32,000 nucleotides of DNA from an uncultured Planctomycetia bacterium (GTDB taxonomy: Bacteria; Omnitrophota; Gorgyraeia; Duberdicusellales; 4484-171), in contig CAZHYN010000004.1 in the NCBI GenBank assembly GCA_964536865.1, positions 54,686 through 86,685 on the forward strand. The letters run 5' to 3'. The notes beneath the pieces are model-generated. The model was not told the DNA's origin. It saw only the letters and a program-made list of their open reading frames with translations, and made no database searches. This document shows positions 27,302 through 32,000 of the stretch, piece by piece. Within the stretch, counting starts at the first letter, position 1. Each line of letters begins with the position of its first letter. The translations under genes were made by a program, and so were the position numbers.

Positions 27302-28050
27302 CTAAATGAGGCACAGCAATCCTGATTTTCGGGATTGCCTAGCCGAATTTGGTCCTGTAAATGAGTAAAGCGAATTTTACGGGCCAAAGTTGGGAGCCTC
27401 TATGCGGAAATGAACGCATAGAGTGGATGCGGCTGTATGCAAGGAAGTCCTCCTTTTCTTAAGGAAAAGGATGGATCACTTGCAGGAAACCTTTATATCC
27501 AAGGGCAGAGGCAAAATTTAAAAGGAAAGGAGGTGAGAGTGCATCATACAAAGGTCAAAGCGGATATAGGGTTTGCAAATGTTATTTCTGATTTAGTAGA
27601 AAAAGGATATGTGCCTTGTATTCCCATTTCTGAGCACCAACATTACGACTTACTAGCGGTGTTAAAGGATGGGGAGGTTGTAAAGATTCAAGTAAAATAT
27701 GCGCATCTTAAAAAGAATGGTACTATTGAGGTGAAGTTCAGAACAAGTTGGGTGGATAAGAAAGGAATTCACACTCGACGCTATAAAGAGGAAGATTTCG
27801 ATTACTACGCTATCTATTGCCCTGAGAAAAGGAAGGTATTGTATGTACCTAATGCTCCTAATTGCCCAAAAGCTATTCGCTTTGACAAACCTGGCAACAA
27901 TCAGAGTAAGTACATAAAATGGGCCTCTGCTTACTTTGATATAAGGGGATCCTCAGAGACTATACGCCGCAGGCCTGAGATGGCCAAGACATAGTCCAGA
28001 CCACAATCCCGATATGTTTGTCGGGAGCCGAAGAAATTCGGAGTGGTAAG
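27302..28050 (+). mobile_element. Group I intron (IC3-like tRNA intron), 749 nt, ORF-containing
   Basis: The 5' exon ends in U27301, which pairs as U.G with G27308 in P1 (27297-27301 with 27308-27312). Other helices: P2 27316-22/27332-38; P3 27428-33/27966-71; P4 27439-43/27479-83 with a GAA/CA internal loop; P5 hairpin 27447-76; P6 27490-93/27501-04. J6/7-P7 reads CAGAGACUAUACG. P7 is 27958-63/27991-96 and P8 is 27972-75/27982-85. A GAAA-capped hairpin lies at 28028-41 and the terminal G is at 28050. Confidence 0.8.
27539..27994 (+). CDS. Intron-encoded PD-(D/E)XK-type homing endonuclease (I-Ssp6803I-like family)
   Basis: GGAGG at 27529-33 lies 5 nt before GTG 27539, giving a 151-aa product. 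The pattern KADIGFANVISDLVEKGYVPCIPISEHQHYDLLAV...VVKIQVKY...DFDYYAIYCPE...LYVP fits the small PD-(D/E)XK endonuclease fold (D ... QVK). The ORF terminates at a TAG inside P7'. Confidence 0.7.
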   Translation: MHHTKVKADIGFANVISDLVEKGYVPCIPISEHQHYDLLAVLKDGEVVKIQVKYAHLKKNGTIEVKFRTSWVDKKGIHTRRYKEEDFDYYAIYCPEKRKVLYVPNAPNCPKAIRFDKPGNNQSKYIKWASAYFDIRGSSETIRRRPEMAKT

Positions 28051-28208
28051 CTAAGCAGAGGGTTGCAGGTTCGAGTCCTGCCGGGCGCGGGATTGATTTC
28101 AATATCGTAACTTTGTCTTTAAAATTAGGATTTAGTTATTTTAGTGCGGTAGGCATCTCGGAACAAATAGATACCAGAGGCTACTGCGACTTTGTCGCAG
28201 ATTTGTTA

Positions 28209-28226
28209 CGAGTCCTGCCGGGCGCG
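28209..28226 (+). repeat. Direct 18-nt duplicate of the tRNA-Arg 3' end (att-like)
   Basis: CGAGTCCTGCCGGGCGCG at 28209-28226 is identical to 28072-28089, the T-loop/acceptor 3' strand of tRNA-Arg. Confidence 0.85.
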
Positions 28227-28265
28227 TAATTTCATAGCGTCTAGCAGATAGGAGGTTAGAAGTAG

Positions 28266-29522
28266 ATGAAGAAATTTATTGTTTTTATAGTAGGTTTTGT
28301 ATTTGTTTTAATAGGGATATACCTCGCCGTATACATATTCATAAATACCCAAGGAAAGAAGTTATTTTTAGATTTCTTAAAGAAAAAGTATCACACTGAA
28401 GCCCAACTGGAGAGTTTAAAGCTTAGCTTCCCTTTTCGTCTCACTTTAAAAAATTTTAATTATCAAGATGTATCCTTCTCTCAGGCTAAAGTTACTCTGA
28501 TAGGCATAAATCCTTTTAATTTATCCTTTATTTTAACTGACATTTATGTAGAGAATTTATCCCTTAATATGGAAGGAAAGGATAAAGGATTTGTCATCAA
28601 GCCTTTTCTGGATACAACCAGTGGGTTTTCTACTGAAAAAAAGCTACTGCCAAGAAAATCCCTATCAAAACAAAAAAATACTCAAAAAAAGAATGTTTCT
28701 TTTATAGCTAAAAAACTCTTTTTAAAAGATGCTACGGTTAATCTAAGGACCAAATTGAGAAATTTACCTCTCACTGTTAGCTTTAAGGATTTAAATTTAA
28801 AAGTTAGGGGCCTTTGTTATCCTAAACTTTCTAAGTTTTATTTTGAATTAACTTCTTCTTTGGAGGCAGAAGAAAAACTTATGAAAGATTTCATAAACGC
28901 AAAAGGATGGGTTGATTGGAACAAAAAAGATATGGATGTGGTCATCCATTTAGTTGGCTTTGACTATTTAGCTTTCAGTAGTTACTATCCCCCCTTCTGG
29001 AGGCCAGAAAATTTACAGCTAAAAGAAGCTTTCCTTTCTTTGGATGCTTTGTTAAACTCAGTAAATAACGATTTAACTATCAATGCTACTCTCTATTTAG
29101 ATAAATTTTCCTTTGTGGATAATCCTCAAGAACCTTCTAGGGTTGAGTCTTTAAAAACTTTGATTGCTCTGTTTAAGAAAGACAAAGAATCTAAACCTAC
29201 TCTGCATTTCCCTCCTATAAAGACCAAGATGGATAAACTAGAGTTGGATTTATCTTCTATTTGGGAGGAGATTCAAAAGAAAGTAAAGGTGAGTTTTTTA
29301 AACACGGTGATTAGATTTTTAGGTAAAACACCTGAATTTTTAGGTAAAGGGACAGAGGAAATAAAGAAGATGAGTATAGACCCCGCAGTAGAAGCATTAA
29401 AGGGGGTTGTGGATATTATTAAGGGATTGATTATTCCTTCTCCGCAAGAGAATCCTGAAGAGGGGGGAAAAGAAGGCGAAAAAAAATTTTACCTTCCCGA
29501 CCTATTTAAGATAGAATATTAA
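28266..29522 (+). CDS. Hypothetical membrane-anchored protein (single N-terminal TM, Lys/Asn-rich)
   Basis: 418-aa ORF. GGAGG lies 8 nt upstream of the ATG. The N-terminal hydrophobic helix is FIVFIVGFVFVLIGIYLAVYIFI. I recognise no catalytic motif. Confidence 0.65.
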   Translation: MKKFIVFIVGFVFVLIGIYLAVYIFINTQGKKLFLDFLKKKYHTEAQLESLKLSFPFRLTLKNFNYQDVSFSQAKVTLIGINPFNLSFILTDIYVENLSLNMEGKDKGFVIKPFLDTTSGFSTEKKLLPRKSLSKQKNTQKKNVSFIAKKLFLKDATVNLRTKLRNLPLTVSFKDLNLKVRGLCYPKLSKFYFELTSSLEAEEKLMKDFINAKGWVDWNKKDMDVVIHLVGFDYLAFSSYYPPFWRPENLQLKEAFLSLDALLNSVNNDLTINATLYLDKFSFVDNPQEPSRVESLKTLIALFKKDKESKPTLHFPPIKTKMDKLELDLSSIWEEIQKKVKVSFLNTVIRFLGKTPEFLGKGTEEIKKMSIDPAVEALKGVVDIIKGLIIPSPQENPEEGGKEGEKKFYLPDLFKIEY

Positions 29523-29528
29523 TTCTAG

Positions 29529-29549
29529 TGGTGGGCGTAGCTCAATCTG
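29529..29549 (+). repeat. Direct 21-nt duplicate of the tRNA-His 5' end (att-like)
   Basis: TGGTGGGCGTAGCTCAATCTG at 29529-29549 is identical to 29680-29700, covering G-1, the acceptor 5' strand and the D arm. Confidence 0.85.
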
Positions 29550-29570
29550 TTCAATGAGAACTATAATTTT

Positions 29571-31193
29571 TCAAGTCAGAGACGAAGAAAAATTATTTAG
29601 TCGAATTGAATCCCGATGAGCGAAGCGACATCGGGAGGGCTCAAATTTAGATTTACGCTTTGATACTTTGACTGATAGATGGTGGGCGTAGCTCAATCTG
29701 GTTAGAGCACTTGACTGTGGCTCAAGATGTTGGGGGTTCGAATCCCCTCGCCCACCCCAATTTTTAATTTGGCTATTTTTGAGCAAAAAGGAATAGGGTA
29801 AATTATAGGAAAATAATAACTTAGCGTCAGAGAGCCGAAAGTTCGAGCCAATCTTTTTGAAAAATTCCCGTTTTTCTTCTAAACTTCCCTTAGTTGCTAT
29901 GTAACTGGCTTGGCCACAAGATATTACAAAATTTCGAGCCAGTTCGAGCCAAACTTTACCTCTACTTTCAAGATAAGTCAATTTTTCTTTTATCTCTAAC
30001 TTCTCATTTAGGAGAGATGATTTCTTTTTTTTGTATTCTTCCTCACTAATAACTTGATTTAGATAAGCATCTAAGAGAATATTTAGTTTTTTATCTATTT
30101 CACCAATTCGGTTATTGAGGAAAGAGATAGAGAAGGAAGTTGTAGAATTTGTCGACTCTTCATCAATCATTTTAAGCAAAAAATTTTTAAGATCATTCTC
30201 TATGGAAACTTTCTTAATTGCTTCATTTATTTGTTCAACGAGCACCTCCTCACGCAAAAATGGTTCATCGCATTTGCCTTTCTTTTTTGTACAACGATAA
30301 TAAATATACTTTTGTTTTTGGATCTCAGAAGTTATCATTCCACCACATTTACCACATCGGATAAAGCCTCGAAAGACATGATAATGAGGTCCATTTTTGC
30401 GGGGTTTACTTCGTAAATTAAAAACCTTCTGTACCTTATCAAAAAGCTCTTTGGTAATGATAGGTGGATGAGTGCCTTCGTAAAGTTGTCCCTTAAAGAC
30501 AAAAGCACCATAATAGAAAGGATTTTTGAGGAGACGTTCAATATTACTTTTACTTAATTTTCCTCGTTTTCTTCTACTGGCCAAGCCAGAGGCAGTCGCC
30601 AATTTTCTTAGGTCATCTAAAGAGTATCTGCCTGTAGCATAAAGTTCAAAAAGTTCTTTTACCTTTCCAGACACTTCAGGATCAATCTCTATAGTATGGT
30701 TAACAGTGTTATTCTTATAACCAAGGGGAGCAAAGCCAGGATATTCGCCTCTTCTTAGTTTTTCTCTTATTCCTCTCTTAGTGTTTTCGCTTAAGTTATC
30801 TACATAATATTTAGATTGTCCAAAAATTATGTTAAGTATAAATTTACCTTGGGCATTGTTATCGAAGCGATAGGTAGGAAATCTCAAGTCGATAATCTTT
30901 CCTATATCTATAAGATAAATAATCTTTCCTCCATCAATAGAGTTTCTTGCTAATCTATCCGGATGCCAGGCAATAATTCCTTCTGCTTTTCCTTGCTCTA
31001 TTAGCTCAATCATTCTATTAAATATAGGTCGTCCTGGTGATTTTGCAGTTTTTGCCTCTTGAAATTCATCCACAACTATTAATCCTTCTTTTTGAGCAAA
31101 TTCACGACACTCAGTTATCTGGGATTGAATAGAGAGGACTTGTCTGTCTTCTGAATCTATGGACTTACGGGCATAGATAAAATATTTAATCAT
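29571..31193 (-). CDS. Large serine recombinase (resolvase/invertase catalytic domain, recombinase domain, zinc ribbon, coiled coil)
   Basis: N-terminus FIYARKSIDSEDRQVLSIQSQ with the catalytic Ser, then WHPDRLARN. Zinc ribbon CGKCGG...YYRCTKKKGKC, followed by a Lys/Glu-rich coiled coil. The last ~60 codons are antisense to tRNA-His (GDSNP comes from the T-arm), so the C-terminal tail is probably junction-derived. Confidence 0.85.
   Translation of the reverse strand: MIKYFIYARKSIDSEDRQVLSIQSQITECREFAQKEGLIVVDEFQEAKTAKSPGRPIFNRMIELIEQGKAEGIIAWHPDRLARNSIDGGKIIYLIDIGKIIDLRFPTYRFDNNAQGKFILNIIFGQSKYYVDNLSENTKRGIREKLRRGEYPGFAPLGYKNNTVNHTIEIDPEVSGKVKELFELYATGRYSLDDLRKLATASGLASRRKRGKLSKSNIERLLKNPFYYGAFVFKGQLYEGTHPPIITKELFDKVQKVFNLRSKPRKNGPHYHVFRGFIRCGKCGGMITSEIQKQKYIYYRCTKKKGKCDEPFLREEVLVEQINEAIKKVSIENDLKNFLLKMIDEESTNSTTSFSISFLNNRIGEIDKKLNILLDAYLNQVISEEEYKKKKSSLLNEKLEIKEKLTYLESRGKVWLELARNFVISCGQASYIATKGSLEEKREFFKKIGSNFRLSDAKLLFSYNLPYSFLLKNSQIKNWGGRGDSNPQHLEPQSSALTRLSYAHHLSVKVSKRKSKFEPSRCRFAHRDSIRLNNFSSSLT
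29681..29759 (+). tRNA. tRNA-His (anticodon GUG) with encoded G-1 and CCA
   Basis: G-1 plus acceptor GTGGGCG/CGCCCAC, D arm GCTC-AATCTGGTTA-GAGC, anticodon stem CTTGA/TCAAG with loop CTGTGGC, T arm GGGGG-TTCGAAT-CCCCT, discriminator C, CCA. Confidence 0.9.
29754..29845. repeat. Left copy of a perfect 92-bp inverted repeat (partner 31858-31949)
   Basis: The reverse complement of 29754-29845 equals 31858-31949 at every position checked by hand. A further 15-bp block, 29847-29861, matches 31811-31825. Confidence 0.9.
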
Positions 31194-31660
31194 TTTTTAC
31201 TGCCAAATATTTCTATCAGATCTACCACTGCAACTGTTGTCCAACACAGAATTGTTATTATTAAACTTATCCACCCATAGTTAGTTTTTTTTGACCAGAT
31301 GTCTACCTCTTCAAAAGTTGTTACAGGCTCAGTTCGTTTATTATTGGCTAAGTAACGAACAACACCTATCATTGTGAACTTATCGTGCGTTTGAATTTTA
31401 TCTTTAACAATATATGTTATCGAATCCGGACTGATATTCTTGGGAGGAGGAAAATCCGATAGAAATTTTTCGAAACCAGGAGTTTCTCTAGGAATTCCTC
31501 CTTCAGAATATCGTATTAGCTGGGCAAGGTGTAATTTCTCTTTGTCTGCAAAGAAACCTAACAGATTAAAGAATGATGCGAGTAATGCAATAAATCCAAC
31601 TAATAAGCCAACTAATTTTAGTTTGCTTTTCAGCTTCATTAGGCTAGTGCTCAAAAGCAT
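31190..31660 (-). CDS. Small two-TM membrane protein, translationally coupled to the serine recombinase
   Basis: 156-aa ORF with hydrophobic helices near both termini (LVGLLVGFIALLASFFNLLGFF and WISLIITILCWTTVAVVDLI). Its stop overlaps the recombinase ATG (ATGA). Confidence 0.55.
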   Translation of the reverse strand: MLLSTSLMKLKSKLKLVGLLVGFIALLASFFNLLGFFADKEKLHLAQLIRYSEGGIPRETPGFEKFLSDFPPPKNISPDSITYIVKDKIQTHDKFTMIGVVRYLANNKRTEPVTTFEEVDIWSKKTNYGWISLIITILCWTTVAVVDLIEIFGSKK

Positions 31661-31810
31661 TCATATAATATAGAATAACAAGCTAATTATATACTATTTA
31701 TATACTATTGGGAAAGTCTGGGCAATCCCCCTTCTATTTATTTGAAAATTGGCGACTGCCTTTTTATCCCGAAATTTCGTGATAAATTTACATAGCAACT
31801 CTCTTTTTTT

Positions 31811-31949
31811 TTCAAAAAGATTGGCAAAAACAAAGTTTTTATTTTGCTTCGCAAAAACGAACTTTCGGCTCTCTGACGCTAAGTTATTATTTTCCTATAA
31901 TTTACCCTATTCCTTTTTGCTCAAAAATAGCCAAATTAAAAATTGGGGT
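31811..31949 (+). pseudogene. Inverted, partial duplicate of the 3' end of the serine recombinase gene (includes the right 92-bp repeat)
   Basis: It encodes ...NFRLSDAKLLFSYNLPYSFLLKNSQIKNWG, identical to recombinase residues. Upstream homology is broken by a 32-nt insertion at 31826-31857 that shifts the frame. No recombinase body lies upstream. Confidence 0.6.
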
Positions 31950-32000
31950 CGCCTATGCGACCAAATTCTAACCTATTTCAAAGAGAAATATAAATGACTT

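Larger units (their letters stand above)
27267..28089 (+). tRNA. tRNA-Arg (anticodon UCU) interrupted in the anticodon loop by a group I intron; exons 27267-27301 and 28051-28089
   Basis: 5' exon: GCGCCCG TA GCTC AATAGGATA GAGC A TCTGC CTT. 3' exon: CTAA GCAGA GGGTT GCAGG TTCGAGT CCTGC CGGGCGC G. Joined, they give a canonical 74-nt cloverleaf with anticodon loop CUUCUAA. Confidence 0.85.
29754..31949. mobile_element. 2.2-kb cassette bounded by 92-bp inverted repeats, carrying the serine recombinase and a membrane protein, abutting tRNA-His
   Basis: Its boundaries are defined by where the inverted-repeat identity stops. The left boundary lies 6 nt inside the tRNA-His 3' end (ACCCCA). Confidence 0.45.

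Noticed and set aside
27132-27314. 60-aa minus-strand ORF between tRNA-Pro and tRNA-Arg
   Set aside because: Its start overlaps the 5' exon of tRNA-Arg in antisense. It has no ribosome-binding site and an Leu/Asn-rich nonsense-like sequence.
27340-27435. Alternative intron core: P3 as AGCCG 27341-45 with CGGCU 27430-34; a long helix 27351-85 as P4/P5 followed by CCAAAG; the 9-bp hairpin 27398-27423 as P6
   Set aside because: This was attractive because of the CCAAAG string. However, it leaves the strongly conserved-looking CAGAGACUAUACG/P7-P8-P7' block with no P3 partner and provides no P7'. The model using UGCGGC 27428-33 with GCCGCA 27966-71 explains all the elements. I treat 27351-85 and 27398-423 as peripheral P2.1-type hairpins. 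A covariance-model alignment is needed to settle this.
27437-27538. The longer version of the intron ORF starting at ATG 27437 (185 aa)
   Set aside because: The extra 34 codons cover the P4-P6 core helices and have no Shine-Dalgarno. GTG 27539 has a GGAGG at ideal spacing and gives the ~150-aa size expected for this nuclease class.
27343-28041. 8-bp long-range complementarity between CCGAATTT (27343-50) and AAATTCGG (28034-41)
   Set aside because: It arises because AGCCGAA occurs twice. The 3' copy already forms a local GAAA-capped hairpin, and repeats of this length are expected by chance within 750 nt.
29749-31954. Target-site duplication flanking the 92-bp inverted repeats (CGCCC left, CGCCT right)
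   Set aside because: Only 4 of 5 nt match, the register relative to the repeat ends is offset by one, and the left copy is GC-rich tRNA acceptor sequence. This is not distinguishable from chance with a single copy.
31749-31997. 82-aa + strand ORF at the right end of the window
   Set aside because: It is a mosaic. Its middle is the inverted duplicate of the recombinase 3' end, and its upstream part is a frame-shifted remnant plus spacer. It has no plausible start context, so I annotated it as a pseudogene fragment instead.
1-32000. CRISPR arrays, rRNA genes, long tandem repeats
   Set aside because: Reading through the window I found no regularly spaced direct repeats of 25-40 nt and no rRNA-like conserved strings.

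Overview
Low-GC, very compact segment of a diderm bacterium. The Lys/Glu/Ile-rich proteins and the TreT-type trehalose synthase hint at a thermophile, but that is inference only. Positions 1-26937 are almost entirely + strand housekeeping genes, many joined by ATGA/TAATG overlaps. In order they are: a trehalose cluster (otsA 3' end, a beta-PGM/T6P-phosphatase fusion, a GH65 phosphorylase, an internally duplicated unknown protein, treT); bamD-like/lptE-like/holA-like; rpsT (the only minus-strand gene here); murJ; a short uvrC; an MGMT domain protein; pilT; prfB; secA; lnt; a CDF transporter; mgtE; an amidase; murI; queD/queC/queE; two-subunit class I fumarate hydratase; rph; rdgB. The last 5 kb (about 26.9-32.0 kb) is a tRNA-anchored accessory region and holds the most interesting signals. 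(1) After tRNA-Pro(UGG), a tRNA-Arg(UCU) gene is split between anticodon positions 34 and 35 by a 749-nt group I intron. The intron carries a PD-(D/E)XK-type homing-endonuclease ORF. Most of the P1-P9 core can be traced by eye. (2) An 18-nt copy of the tRNA-Arg 3' end and a 21-nt copy of the tRNA-His 5' end lie about 120-150 bp from their parent genes. They look like integration footprints. (3) tRNA-His(GUG) is abutted by a 2.2-kb cassette bounded by perfect 92-bp inverted repeats. The cassette encodes a large serine recombinase and a translationally coupled two-TM protein. The recombinase ORF runs through the left repeat and antisense across tRNA-His. No CRISPR array or rRNA was seen. All functional calls come from motif recognition by eye, with no database search.
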